Shown here: positions 44,040 through 59,520 of the stretch, piece after piece
How the letters are laid out: each line of letters begins with the position of its first letter
Numbering within the stretch: the first letter of the stretch is position 1
Assembly (NCBI GenBank): GCA_951406725.2
Contig: OX597815.1
Span: forward strand, 102,610,001 to 102,674,000
Direction of reading: 5' to 3'
Length of the DNA stretch: 64,000 nucleotides
Origin: Octopus vulgaris
Taxonomy: Eukaryota
Program-made: the position numbers and the translations under genes
Notes under the pieces: model-generated
What the model saw: the letters and a program-made list of their open reading frames with translations, nothing else
What the model was told of the DNA's origin: nothing
The model's database searches: none

Positions 44040-44660
44040 ACGTTAATTAAGGAAGGAAAATTTCAGACAAAAAGTTGTGTCACAAGATCTGAGCCGGACT
44101 AAAGTCCAGTTCACAGAAACTTCAACAACCATCATGCTTGCTTTCCACAGCCCCACGATCGGATCTCATAGAATAGTTAAACGTCCCAGACTACATCGTA
44201 CCAACAACATTCCGCTTAGACATATTTCCATCGAAATCCACCAAACAATCATCTAGGAACTGATTGTGTCCTGGGAGAAAGACATGAAGGAGGCTTATGA
44301 GTGCTTGACAAAAGCCAAGAACTGGTATGGCAATACAGAAATCAGGATTGTTGTATGTCAATTGATGTCGACAGTCAAGAATTTGTGGGTAGTTCATTCT
44401 GCAAAGCTCTGATTGGGCTTAGAGTTACTGGTGCAGTAATGCGGAGGGCTATAAATTTATAAATTCGAACACTGAAGCTGCAGAGAATGGCAAAATGTAG
44501 CTTGGGATTAAGAGCGAAGACTAATGGTTTGCTGCTACTAGGATGCAAGCTCGGATTTGATTAACCCCCGTTTGGTTCAATCGGGCGAGGGGTTCTGTTG
44601 TTGAAAATATCTGAAACTCTCAAAGACCCCGAAACATAAACGATGATATATCCTAGAACC
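44040..44660 (+). mobile_element. Degraded RLE-type non-LTR retrotransposon 3' end (HERO-like)
   Basis: Frameshifted translation: PDYIVPTTFRLDIF...ELIVSWEKDMKEAYE...SIDVDSQEFVGSSFCKALIGLRVTG...RRAI...TEAAEN. This resembles the RPDIV/ELTVPWE/VEVGCRGF/EAAE pattern of HERO-type endonucleases and is followed by a GC-richer putative 3' UTR. Confidence 0.6.
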
Positions 44661-45274
44661 TCTGCGAAATTTATCTTAAAAGTAAGCATGATGTTGACTT
44701 GAATTTTGTAGGGAGCGCATGGTACACAACCTAGCCGTGAGTCACCCTGAGAACTCCAAACCAGCAACGTTTAGATAATATTGGTGGAATAAATTCTACA
44801 TTACACGAATAAATAACGCCCAAGTCAGCGTTAGGCAGAGTATATTTTGAGCCTATGAACCGTTTGCGACAGTCACGGCTTGTCCATCCATTTAATTATT
44901 TATATTCCATGATCGATCTCTGTGATTTTTCAATTCTTGAAAAGGTTCGGTTTTTGTGGGGAGGCCGTTGTGGGCAGCAGTATACAAGGTTCTTACTCGA
45001 AAATGCAGATAAGAGATGATGGTATCAGAAGGTCTGAAGTACAAAGTTCGATGTTCTGTTCACAATCCCATTTTGTCAACCACATCGACTTCATAAGTTG
45101 GTATGTGCACATCAGCATATGTTGTTGACCAAAGTCACTGATAAACGCTACGAAACACTCTCTCGGAGAAAGAAAATATGGTTGTTTAATAATGTATAGA
45201 TACATAGACACACATTTTATATATACATACACACACACACATACACACACACACACACACACATATATGTATAC

Positions 45275-45356
<82 letters not shown>

Positions 45357-46147
45357 ATAATGAATGGTGTGATATATTACAGTATATGCGTCAATCCAAA
45401 ACCAGAGGCTTACATATACATAGTTCTTCGTATGGATAAGTATTCACACATACAGGTGCACTTATTCACTCATACACAGATCCGCAATAATGCACACTCA
45501 CACACACCCACACACACACGCACACACGCACACACACACACAATGGATGATGCAATATATTACAGTATTTGATTAAATTATTATGAGAATATTAGTCTGT
45601 CAGCGTCCTATGACACAACATAAAGAAACCACAGAAACATCAAAACAATAAAAGCAATAACAATAAAGACAACAACGACAGGATCAACAACAGCAACAAC
45701 AACCAGAACAACTACTACTACTACTACTTCACACACCAGGTACAAATAACTAAACTGAAACTTCCGTTCTATAGGTATCGTCTCACAATTGTGTTCATGT
45801 CAGCAAGAGATACGAAATAGTTTTTCTCTCCTTATAATTTCTCATTGCAATTAGATATAGGAAGTAATTCATGCGTTTTTATATTATTATATCGATAATC
45901 TAATGTCTCGCCAAAACAGCGATTCTCCTACGTTTTCTCCACCTTCTTCTCATCTTACACACCATACACTAACTCACACACGCATACATACACTGCTTCA
46001 CACCTGTTTATCATTCAAGATTCCATCAATATTCCTTTGTTTTGTCTGTCTTTCCGTTCTTCCCCGCTCTACATTTCTCTCTCTCTCTCACTTTCTGTCT
46101 ACACATAGACACACACAAATATACATACATATATGTGTATGCGTATA

Positions 46148-46179
<32 letters not shown>

Positions 46180-46599
46180 CATATATATGATGTATGTATG
46201 CATGTATGTATGTATGTATGCATGTATGTATGTATGTATGTATAAATGTATGTATGTATGTATGTATGTATGCATGTATGTATGCATGTATGTAACGACG
46301 ATACCAGACCAGGCAACCCTTCAAGGACACACCCAGGGATGGTCAGCTGTTACAAACTCCATCACAGATCTACTTCCAGCCATAAAGCGAGAGCAAAACG
46401 GAAAGTAAATAAAGACGGTGCTACAGCGTGGCCACAGTCCTATAACTAAAACCACTAAAAATTATATATATATATATATATATAGATAGATATATACATA
46501 TATATATATGTGTGTGTGTGTATGTATGTATGTGTGTGCGTGTGTGTGTGTGTGCGTGCGTGTGTGTGTGAGTGCATATATATATTGTATGTATGTATA

Positions 46600-46790
46600 C
46601 GTTGGACCACTCAACACATTTTTTTCCATTCTCTGTTTATTTTCTCATTCCATTTTCTGTTGAAGAGCGTAGGTTCGAAACGTAAAATACTTTTTCATTT
46701 TTCCCGAGCGTCGAACAAACACGCTTGTTGTTCATACACCTGTCTTCGTCATTTGTACTTCTATAAATTTTATGGATATTTATAAATACG
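46600..46790 (+). mobile_element. Short pLTR-like insert between microsatellites with a degenerate hammerhead-like motif
   Basis: UUGAAGA-GCGUAGGUUC-GAA-ACGU...GCGU-C (46660-46712). Stem I is poor. Confidence 0.4.
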
Positions 46791-46889
46791 AACATACATA
46801 CATACATACATACATACATACATACATACATACATACATACATACATACATACATACGTACATGCATACATACATATGTATCTACCTAC

Positions 46890-46971
<82 letters not shown>

Positions 46972-46983
46972 GTCTACCTATCT

Positions 46984-49444
46984 GTGGATATCACAGCCAT
47001 CTGTGAGACCAGACTCCACAACCCGCGGGCTTTCCAGCACATGTTCTGCAGACAATTCGACACTTATATTTCACCGTGTAGTATCGCGGTGCTTTTTCGG
47101 AAGAGTCTGGGCCTCAAAGTAAGAGCAATATTCATAGACTCGGAGGGTAGGCTGGTCGCCTTGGATGTCGATGGCAGTAATGCCTGCGCTTTTCCACTGA
47201 TAGTAGTTTATGTACCATCCTTAATAGATCCGCCGGATTTCTTTCGACGTCTAGAGCTTTTCCTGGGAACGTCTCGACCTTTACTTTTAGTGGGGGATTG
47301 GAACGCTACCTTCGACACGCATCTAGACTACGTGGGTAGAGAAAGGAATTGGAGGGGATGTAAATGTCTCAAAGACCTGCTCAGACGTTACCAACTGTCT
47401 GATAGGTACCGACTGGACCACCCGAATGTGCCAATGTGGACATGGAGCAACCGCATTGAGTCGTCCAGATCGTATTTAGGTAGAGAATTCTGTAGGACAG
47501 TGGGTAGGGGTAGTGTAGGTTGTCCACAATTTCATATAGTTAGCTACACAGGTCACAAATTTGTGACTTGTACGCTTGACTTAGATAAGAATCATTGGCA
47601 GGGTCCCGGCTACTGGAAACTGGACGCGCCGTTCACGGCACGCCAGGCTTATAGAGACCGGATTAGCACATTAGTTAAGAGAGCATTGATGAGCACCATC
47701 GTCAATAATAGATGGTGGTATGCCATAAATAAAGCAATTAAAGCAGAATCGGTTAGGTATAGTAAGGCTCTAGCGATAGATCGAAATAGAATAGAGGGAG
47801 GCCTAGTTAAGAAATTAGAAGAGGCACATAAAGTAGCATCGCGTCCAACGTACTGGCGGCGAGGTTGGCCTTCGACCAATACTTCAACGCCAAACACGTC
47901 AGAGCTAGGATCCTTGCTCTGCGAAGCGGTAACGGGAGCGAAAATTCACTCGGAAAAGTCAGTGGGCTTGCGGCTCGGCACCTGGTGAGTCAGGCCTCTG
48001 CCGTCCAACAGTGTCTCCATCGTGGCACACTGGATCGACGGACCAATTAAACTGCTCGGTGTCTGATTCAGAACGTACCTCCAAATGGAGAAGAACTAGG
48101 ACGAGATAACGAGTAGGATGGCCCCTCTCACCCGGCAATGGGCCGGGAGAAAGCTATCCCTAAAAGGTCGGGTGGAAGTGGCGACACATACATCGCATCT
48201 GCCATCTATTACCGTCTGGCCGTCGTGCATTGTCCAGACCCTACCATCACCAAAATGGAATGCATGCTCTTCCGCTTTTTGACGAAGGGAAGCGTTCCGA
48301 TAGTTAGGCGATCTATTTGCTGTCAACACCCATTAAATGGAGGGCTGAACATGCCATGGTTGATGATGCGCAGACATGCGCTGAGGCTACGACATCTCTG
48401 GCGCTTCATATACGACGGTGAACAGGTGTGCTCGCCGTTTATGAGGCGCGCGTTACCGCAGCTCGTCTCTGGCCGAACTGCAGTCACAGATAAGAGACCG
48501 AGAGTAGGCGAATAACACCGCGAGTGCCGCCTTACTCTCAAGCGACTCTGCCGCCCGGGAACAAACTTGTGCAACTTCAATTCCACGAAGGCGTTCTATA
48601 GAGGATTAGTAGAGGGGAGATGCGACGAAGTTCTTGGGGAGAATCTTGCGTCGGCGGGGAAGACCAGACTCGCCTCTTCAGGACAACTTTCGGGCCGGAA
48701 CCTATGGACAATCATCAGAGATCACTGGCCTAGTAGTGCTATCGGGAAGTATTGCCCGATCAGGATAAGCTCTACAGGCACTGTTAGAGATACGCAGGAT
48801 CGACTTGCCCGAGATACGGTAAAAGCGACGAAACAGTTCTGCACGCACTCGTGTAATGTTCAAACCTGTGGTCTTATGTGGAACGGCTGCTGTCACGTGT
48901 TGGACGAATTCGTGAATATTACCCCGCCACCTTCCTTTAACCGGGAAGGCAAAACAGTTTTCATTGTACTGGTGGCTATGGTGAAAGAATGTGTGTGCTG
49001 GGCTAGTGAGAAAGGTTTAGAGACAAACACTTTTCTCTCTGGCCAATCGCTGATCAACTTTTTTAAGTACCACTTGAAAAGGAAGGTGAGAATAGAGAGG
49101 CACGATTTGTCTCATGAAAGTTTCAATAAATGGTTGGTGAATGTAGCGAAGGTGGTACGCATGAATGACGAAACCACTTCGAACATGATCATGCAAATCC
49201 AAAGGAGAGAGAGAGTGACAGGGAGAGAGAGAGAGGGCTTTCTTTCCCTGCCTGAGGTTACCGTGGTCTCTTTCGAAGGTTTTTCTTTCCACATTTGTTT
49301 TACATTTTTACTCCCCATTATTTTGCTTTCGATCCCTTTTGATCGGGATTTTTTCTTTTATTTTCTTCTGCCTTTCTTTCGAAAAGATAAGTTCTACATT
49401 GTACTGTCCCATCTGTGTTCGGCTTTGTGTGGCTAATAAAGAAA
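46984..49444 (+). mobile_element. Tx1/L1-clade LINE, 5'-truncated with most of the RT deleted, inserted in (TATC)n
   Basis: APE endonuclease motifs AICETRL, EGRLVAL, IVVYVP, LLVGDWNA, WTW and GPGYWKL. Near 47915 the sequence jumps to late-RT EAVTGAKIHSEKS, GPIKLLGV, LSLKGRVEV and NGGLNMP, with a C-terminal Zn-finger relic at ~48805-48860. 3' end aataaagaaa|tctatc. (TATC)n at 46878-46983 and 49445-49660. Confidence 0.9.
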
Positions 49445-49476
49445 TCTATCTATCTCTCTATCTATCTCTCTATCTC

Positions 49477-49563
<87 letters not shown>

Positions 49564-49576
49564 GTCTGTCTGTCTT

Positions 49577-49648
<72 letters not shown>

Positions 49649-50212
49649 TCTATCTGTATCCCCTTCCACTCAGTGCTGCTGTAACTATTCACACGATAGG
49701 GTGGTCATTTAACAACTCTCCCCCAAAATGTATAAGCCTTTTTCCATTACTTTGTATGTTTGCTAAAACTTTGAGATGTTTAGAAATTCCTATATCATTG
49801 CTATGGTACTTCTAGCTTGTCAGCGCTCCTCTCAAATGAACTTACATGTATAAAGGTAGGGAATTCTAGTAGCTGTCCCTTATAGATTTGGCTGAGGAGA
49901 TTCAGGCGCTTTTGGCGCTAAATTCGAAATCCTGATATCAAATTAACCAACATCCCCTGGTGGAGGTAAGACGCTATTCTTGTTCACTAAGATTTTTTTT
50001 CCTAACACGCCTGTATTAATTCAGTGATTCTTCCGTGGCTTCTATTTTTAGCAAAGCAGGTGCTTATTTAGTACCCTAGTTTATATAAATATATTTTTAT
50101 ATATTACGTACATAATTATTAATTTGCCTATACGGCTTTACGCTCTTGGCCACTAATTTTATGATTTTTAGAAATAATATCGTTCTTCTCTCTCGTTCTC
50201 TCTCTCTCTCTG

Positions 50213-50270
<58 letters not shown>

Positions 50271-50278
50271 TGTGTGTG

Positions 50279-50945
50279 TATTCTGTCATCCTGTAAATAA
50301 TGCGGTTTTTTCAATTGCATGAACTAAAATTCGGAGTGGGACAAGATAAACTACCTGCATCGACTTACTATAAAAGCAAATAGTAATTTTACCTTGAACT
50401 TATTCTTCTTAGTGCAAGTTTTGAAGCGTGCAGTTTGATTTTAATAGTTATTCTTTTCAGAGCTATAGTGGAATTGTCAAAGGAGTGTATTCTGTATATT
50501 TTGCTTCAAGGTAACAACGCAACGGAAAGTTTGAGGAATATTAATGCAGTGTATGGGGATCGGACAATAAGCGTAAGCGAATATCAACGGTGATTCCAGA
50601 AATTCCTAGCCGGAAATTACACCCTAGAAGACAAGCACCGTCCTGGAAAATCTGTAGAGCTCGATGAGGACGTCCTGAAAACTCTGGTGGAACAAAATCC
50701 AATTGTAACAGTTGTGGAACTAGCAGAGAAGCTTGGATTTGGTCGTTCAACCATTCATGGACACCTGCGGGTCATCGGAAAAGTCAGCAAATTGGATCAA
50801 TAGGTTCCACACAAACTTTCCGAGAGTGGATGTGTGCTCTTCTCTGCTGTCATGTCACACGAATGAACCTTTTTTTCGACCGAACAGTCACTAGTGACAA
50901 GAAATGGGTTCTCTATAAAAATGCCAAGCGCCGAAGACCGTGGGT
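50279..50945 (+). mobile_element. Mariner transposon 5' fragment
   Basis: TIR-like ta|ttctgtcatcctgtaaataatgcgg. Translation NATESLRNINAVYG...FQKF...LEDKHRPG...ELAEKLG...HLRVIGKVSKLDQ*VPHKL...VTSDKKWVLY covers the HTH region, WVPHEL-like linker and first catalytic D. Confidence 0.88.
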
Positions 50946-50959
50946 AGGGAAAGGAGAAA

Positions 50960-51645
50960 CGGCGACTTCACCATAACGGCAGTGGCGATAGCATTACCGT
51001 CGCCAACACCATCTCCAACGACACCAGCACCAGTAGTCCCAGCCCCAACAACAACAGATACAGTACCGACAACACACTCCCACGGAGATACATTGGCTGT
51101 TCCGAGAACTATTTCAAGCAACGTCTCCCAACCGCAGGTCCTCCTTCAGAATTCTGGAAAGGAGATACGTAACATCAGTGGCCAGCCACGTCTGGCAACT
51201 AAGAGATGATGGCGTTCCATACTCGATCTCATGAAAAATCCTCGGGAACCAAGGCCCCTACATCAACGGGATGATGCGTTGCAAGCTATGCATAGCTGAA
51301 TGTGCGAGAATCCTAAAAGGACTCACACGAACCAGGGAACATCTTAACTCCCAAACGGAGATTTTCAGGCCATGTTTACATTTCAGAAGGTTCCTGTTGT
51401 TTTTTGAACCCACAAGATGGCGGCACAGCCGGAAATCAATAGCGTATATCAAAGGGAGATAATCCCCAATTATCACCTTTGAGTAGTGAGGCATTTCCTC
51501 CTCCATATTTTTAAGAGGGCCATAAAGTTAAACCCTTTATGGAAATCTAAGGTGATCCCATAAACCGGCCTTCCTCACTTTTAATATATGTTGCTCTACC
51601 TCTTAGAAGGTGCTTCTTTCGGATTTATGTTCTTTACAAACGATA
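50960..51645 (+). mobile_element. Penelope-like element 3' fragment (GIY-YIG C-terminus plus 3' non-coding) abutting the mariner
   Basis: RRYIGCSENYFKQRL...SSFR...TSVASHVWQLR...*KIL...PYINGMMRCKLCIAECARIL...HLNSQTEIFRPCLHFRRF. Ends in (TA)n. Confidence 0.82.
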
Positions 51646-51662
51646 TATATACATATATATAC

Positions 51663-51707
<45 letters not shown>

Positions 51708-51918
51708 ATTTTATTTTTTTATTTTTTTATTTTTTTATTTTTTATTTTTTATTTTTTTATTTTTTTATTTATCTATTCTTTCATCTAACTTACCACTGAC
51801 TCCTTGACCACTCCCCCAAGTATGATATTTTGCGCTATGCCTACCCCCAAAAAGTCCCCCACCACCACTCCTTTAAACCTGGCTAAATGTATAAATGCTA
51901 ATACAATTCTTGTTAAAT

Positions 51919-51969
51919 AGCTTCCTGAAGATTTCTCTTGAATGAAACAGTACTAGTCCTGTAGAAGCT
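51919..51969 (+). ncRNA. Type I hammerhead ribozyme with canonical core
   Basis: Stem I AGCUUC/GAAGCU; core CUGAAGA(51925-51931); stem II U-U mismatch then UUC-UCUU-GAA; GAA; stem III ACAG-UACUAGUC-CUGU (near-palindromic); GUA triplet, cut after 51963. (TA)n follows immediately. Confidence 0.78.
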
Positions 51970-51981
51970 CCTTCTATATAA

Positions 51982-52022
<41 letters not shown>

Positions 52023-52033
52023 GTATTTGTATA

Positions 52034-52080
<47 letters not shown>

Positions 52081-52520
52081 GCACACACATCTATATGTAC
52101 ATATCTAAATAGAGAGATAGGCAGATACACACATGCATAAACATGTGGAGAGGTAGAGACTGTGCTAGTATTATTTTAAAATTACCAACTTATGAGTATG
52201 TGAATCCAATTAATTTTCTAAATTACTGAAGTAAGGAATGAATGCCACAACACTCGGTTAAAAGCATTCATGCTTTCGATATACAAAACATACAAACTCC
52301 ATGACATGGGTAGTGGTGAAAAAAAAAAGCCGGCAACCTTCCATATTTATATAGCCATTAGACCAAGGTTATATGGATTTTTCAAATACCTACCCAAAGA
52401 ATCGATATGTATAATGATATGAAAACGCGAATATTGTTCGCACATAGGAATATTGACTTGGACGCACTCTCAGTAGAATGTGTATAACATCCATAGGTAC
52501 ACACCTACCTACATCCGCAG

Positions 52521-52551
<31 letters not shown>

Positions 52552-52669
52552 CACCCACATTTAAAATATGCACTCATATGCGTATACATCTGTACACGCT
52601 TTACACACTAATATATATGTGTATAAACAATTTGATAACTGGGCTGCTTATTATGAATGTATTAATACG

Positions 52670-53018
52670 TACATACATGCATACATACATAATAGATACA
52701 AACATAATACTCGTACATACATACATACATACATACATACATACATGCATACATACATACATACATACATACATACATACATACATACATACGTATATGA
52801 ACATAGATGTGCGTGTGTATTTGTATGCATATGTTTGCATATACATATATACGTATCATATATCAAAGGGCATGAATATATAAATTTACCTATACAGATA
52901 TATAATTTTATACAATCTATCTATATGGAAAGCGAAGTAATATATGCATACACATATAAAAATGTATTCTACAAGTATATGCACACACATATTTATTCCC
53001 TCTTTTCCCTCATTCTTT

Positions 53019-53061
<43 letters not shown>

Positions 53062-53570
53062 CACACACACACACACACACATACACACGCACACACACAC
53101 ATCTACTTATCGCTATCTATCTGTTCGTCTATCTACGCCTGTACGTGTGCATTTACCTATATAAATGTTTATATGAATATATCTATATGTTTACAACCGA
53201 ATACACGCACACACACATGTATATAGTATGAGATAGACAGATAAACGTATAGGTATCCTTTTATATACACTCATTCATATATATGTGTAGGTCATACACG
53301 CATATACATACATTCATATATATATATATATACATATATATATTTATATATATACACATATATTATATATGTATATATATATGTATATATGTATATATAT
53401 ATATATATATACACACACATATATACATACATATATATATATTTGTATATATATGTATATGTATTCATGTATATATATCTCCATATATATATATGTATAT
53501 ATGTGTGTATACCCCCCACACATATATACATATATACACATATATTTATATATATATATTCTTATGTGTG
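52670..53570. repeat. Large (TACA)n/(TA)n/(CA)n low-complexity region
   Basis: Direct reading; explains the many YI/HT-rich ORFs. Confidence 0.92.
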
Positions 53571-54411
53571 CATATAAAATGTCAGAGTTTATTTATATTG
53601 ATCATAAATAGTTATTTTTCCTTTCAGGCAAAGAAACATTTGTTACTAAGTGAAACAAACCTCAAAAGCCACGCTGAATAGTTTCGAATTTTATAAGAAA
53701 AAGCATGAAAGCATCCCAATATAAAACAACAGTATTTGGTCATAAAAAATATATGAAACCGTCTATAATAGCAATTTAAAATATTTCGTAGCAAAACTTT
53801 CTCTCTAGTTCCATTCTGTCTGATAAAGCTAACGCAAACAATATAAAATAGAGAAAGTAAATGAAAAGAAAAGTAGAATCAATTTTTGTAAATTCATAGT
53901 AATATACTTTCGAAATATGAAAAATACTTTACTATATGTCCTGCTGGTTTTTAGTGAAGTAACCATAAATATATGGAAAGTAATCTGTTGATCGCATCAA
54001 AATCAGAAGCCACGTATAGTTATTATTATCTACACATGTATTACCTTGGGAATAGATTATAACGATCGATATAATAATGTAAGTATAAAAACTGAAATTC
54101 AAATTAAGTACAAAAATAAATGAAAAAAATAAGAGAAGTGGAACAGTAATTTCACCCCACGTTCAACGATACTTTCAAAATTAGAATAATTAATGAGTGA
54201 TATTCAATTTGCAAAAGAACAAACGGAGATCCTCATGGTTGCAACATATACGAGGTATGAAAATATATATCGTCTGTACTTTGATCTGTACTCATAAATA
54301 CACAAAAACACACCGTATCAAATAATCTACATAACCACGCCACCATGCTATTGCTGACCCATACTCTCTTCCTCGATTGCTCCCTCCTCCTGCTCTTCCT
54401 CCACTCACACA

Positions 54412-54449
<38 letters not shown>

Positions 54450-54699
54450 CTACCTATCTATCTATCTACAGCAAGGTCATCAGCTAATCACAGCAAATAC
54501 AAGTAAGCTGAGAAATGTTGGTCTCAAATGTGATTGAAATATTTTTAGAGAGCACGAAACTTATTTGTTGAACATGTTTATTTTATGTCACAATTAGTAG
54601 ACAGTGGCATCATAGAATATAGTTTTTCAACTGGCCTAACCATCATCCTCGTCATTATTTATAACGGCAAGACACGAAGGGATGCTAAAATCTTCCTGG

Positions 54700-54740
<41 letters not shown>

Positions 54741-54745
<5 letters not shown>

Positions 54746-55555
54746 TTTTCGGTCTAAGTCTGTTAAAATATCATAAAAATATTGACTAGAATATGGCTGG
54801 GAGATAACAGTTTCTCACAATAGACGCCCTCAGATCTACTGCAGTTTCAAGATAGCCCCAGGACTTAACACATGCGTTCCACACTGTGTCCCTGGGAAGA
54901 TTTTCCTGCACCTTCTTCATCAAGGCCACCAGATCGACGTTGGTGTTGCTGGCAGATTAGTTGGTGTCTTTCTCAACCGCGTCCCACACGTAGTAGCTCA
55001 TGGAATCACAATTGAGAGAATTTGGAGGACAGATATTGAGGCTGCTGTACGCCTAGATCTTCTCCGAGAACTGCATCTGACTATTTCCGGGGCATTGCAA
55101 GCAGCCGATTCCTGCTGCCACTTATGGCCATCCAGTAGCAATCCTCTCCTGCAGGATTTGACCACAACCCTCAGCCGCCTAAATTGAGCCTAAGGCCCTT
55201 TTCAGAGATGTGGGTTGCATGACGTCACCCTCACTGGAGACACACCCAAAGTGCATCATGTGCTTGCTAGTTACGGCTTAGCCATCTCCGTTGTAGCTGT
55301 TCGTGTTACCAGTATCCATAGAGCATTGAGCAGCAGTCATAATGTCGGCATTTTGATATCCTGAACGAATCCCCGTGACAGATAACTCCTTTTCCAATAT
55401 TCCAATGACTGCTATTTCTCTATGTTACCTAACTTTTTCTCAACTATAACTTGATCTTCCTACTCTCGAATGCCGTTGACCGTTGCCCAATACATCAAGT
55501 TATTCCTGAAAAGAGAAGACATAAAAGATCCTCAAGTGTGGTTTGAATACCATAT
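54741..55555 (-). mobile_element. Degraded Tc1/mariner-superfamily transposon between (TA)n tracts
   Basis: Minus-strand relics FGCVSSEGDVM, KWQQESAAC (WQQDSAP-like) and PPNSLNCDSMSYYVWDAVEKDTN (WPPNSPDLNPLDY.VW-like). Confidence 0.72.
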
Positions 55556-56177
55556 ATATATACCTTAACGGATTTTGTAATAAGAGAAAAACCGTACACT
55601 TTTCATGCTAAATACAAATAATGTAGGTCATCACAAGTACTATAGGATTTGAAATATCTCGATTAACTGAGATTATATACAGGAAAATTGCTTTCAGTTC
55701 AAAATCCAACAAGAACCAAGCGAGAAAAGTTGGCTCTTCATATATCACCTAGAGAGAATAATTGTGAAAGAAAACAAAAAGATTTGGAGTATTCTACGGG
55801 GGGGAAATACTAATTCAGGTGATTGAAATTCCTGCCAAGATCCATATAGCAGATTGTGGCACTTAGACATAGGTGCTACAAATTTAATTGATTCAAGTAA
55901 AATATTTAATCACCGAGGGTACACAGCGACTCAGCAGCAAGACAGTGACAGCCTTGATGTCAAATAAATTGATGGGAAGATGGGACTGTAGATGTGTAGT
56001 TGGTGTATTATTGATTAAGTATAGACAAACAAACAAAAACCACTGCCAAATAATATGTAAACAAAGAATATTAACAGCCATAGGATGGGAGTGAAAAATA
56101 CATACACAAAGTTCCACAACGAGAAGTAAAATAATTTGGGATGCTGAAGTACATGACAAGAACAATAAAATAGACGC

Positions 56178-57555
<1,378 letters not shown>

Positions 57556-58185
57556 GATTTATATATATACATATATAAGTTTATACGACTGAGTGGACAA
57601 AGAAAAAAGAGGCACTCAACACATTTATTGGGAAATATATTATTATATAAACCAGTTTGGATCGGCTCCATGCCACTCAAGGTTTCGTAGGCTTCTTACA
57701 GAAACCCAGCTAATTCAGGCACAATTAATGGAATGGATAGATGCAGAAAATCCAAGACGGCTGCCAAAACTGGCCAGCCGTTGGTAAAGGCGAATCACCT
57801 GATGTTATGAAAAGTGAGATGGACACCCCAGCGACACCAGATGTACTTGAAAGGAAAATTACTTGGACCGCGTGGCTGGACAGGAAGCCGGTGGTGCCTT
57901 TGTGTGACGCCGGTCTTTGAAGACGGTGTGTAAACCAGCAGCAAAAGCCTGGACAGCCAGGGTGTGTGTGTGTACACCAGATGCATGAGTTCTTGGATGT
58001 GGGTGTTTCATGTCTATGCGTGTGTATCAGGTATGCGTGTGTTTGGCTGTGAGTATGTAGTTAAACCTGACAAGTGGGCGTCAGTTGATGGCATCAGCTT
58101 GCTGATGCGTATGTGCATGATTTCTACAGTGTGTGTACGTACAGGTACAAGTGCGCATCAGCAACATATTTGTTGCACGAGAGTA

Positions 58186-58231
<46 letters not shown>

Positions 58232-58789
58232 CGTGAGTGTGTGAGTGAGTGTTTGTATGAATATGTGTGCGCTTGTGCCAGCTGTATGTATAGGGGTTTA
58301 GGATGCAGTTATGTGTGTATGTATGTGTGCGCATGAATGATTGTTGAACGTGAGTATGCACATTCCTATATTCATATGCTAACATATGAACGTAGGCGTA
58401 TTCGACTGGATGAACATGTGTATGTACTTGTCTTTTCATTTGGTGTGTGCGTGTTTGTGCGTGCGCGGTACCACACGCATACACACACACACACACATTC
58501 CTATTTTGCTTTTACTGTTTATGTGTGCAGGCATGACAATTGCATGCTAGCATAGTAGCAACAGCGTAGCTGGTGGGTGGGAGAAAAAGCATTGGTCTGA
58601 GATTTTGTGGTATAAGTAGGAAAAAGAGCAAGAATGTGGATGACAAGCGTAAGATAATCAAGAATGAGGGTGATAAGCATAGATGATAAGCATAGATGTT
58701 TTGCCTGTTTGTGCTGGTGCACGTAGGTGTGCGTGCACGTGCATACCCGAATATAGGGAGGCAAACGTAGTAGGTTTGTGTTCTTAACT

Positions 58790-59445
58790 GTGGCCCTCCA
58801 TAAATCTAACATTTTATTTTGGTATTTATGGGGAAAACTGTCTTCGAAGACTCATATTGTCGTTGATTCCTCGAAATGGGGAGTACATAGACAGTCGACA
58901 GCTGATGAAGGATCGTTCTTTGTATTACTTGTCTTTTTTCTGTTGTTATTCTCTCTAATTTCCTTTTTCGCTCCCTCGTTGCTCACACGTGACTATCATC
59001 TATCTTTCTCTTCCTCACATGACCATCTTTCTTTCCTGCACGGTCGTTCTAAAGACTGGACGTCTCCTATCTATCTCTTCTATCTTTTCTCTTTTCACAG
59101 AAAATATTTCTCTCAGCGTTCACTATTTTCCCCCTCGTTCAGGTCTAACGACCCTCCATGTTTGTTTTTGTTCGGTTTCCCTGTATGTCCCCACTGTCCT
59201 GTTTCTGTTAATAACTTCACCCTCCATGAATTCACAATTTTATTCTGGTATTTATGGGAGCAACTGTCTTCGAAGACTCATATTGTCGTTGATTTCTCGA
59301 AATGGGAAATGCATAGACAACCGATAACTGATGAAGGGTCATTCTTTGTTTTACTTGTCCTTTTTTCTATCGTTAATATGTGTCATATACTCATTTGTTT
59401 TCGATTTACATGTTGTTTACTGTTGGCGACGTCCTGTATCCACAT
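58790..59445 (+). mobile_element. Partial tandem repeat (period 426 bp), pLTR-like, ending in (TA)n
   Basis: ggtatttatggg...ctgtcttcgaagactcatattgtcgttga...cgaaatggg...catagaca...ctgatgaagg...ttctttgt..tacttgtc starts at 58821 and again at 59247. Confidence 0.75.
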
Positions 59446-59472
59446 ATATATATGTATATATATATATATATC

Positions 59473-59474
<2 letters not shown>

Positions 59475-59520
<46 letters not shown>

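Noticed and set aside
50940-51209. Pro/Thr-rich mucin-like ORF
   Set aside because: It lies within the PLE fragment, and the recognisable YIG endonuclease motif is in another frame.
57590-57710. Minus-strand ctgtaagaagcc...aaactggtt HHR-like relic next to (TA)n
   Set aside because: Too degenerate to fold with confidence.
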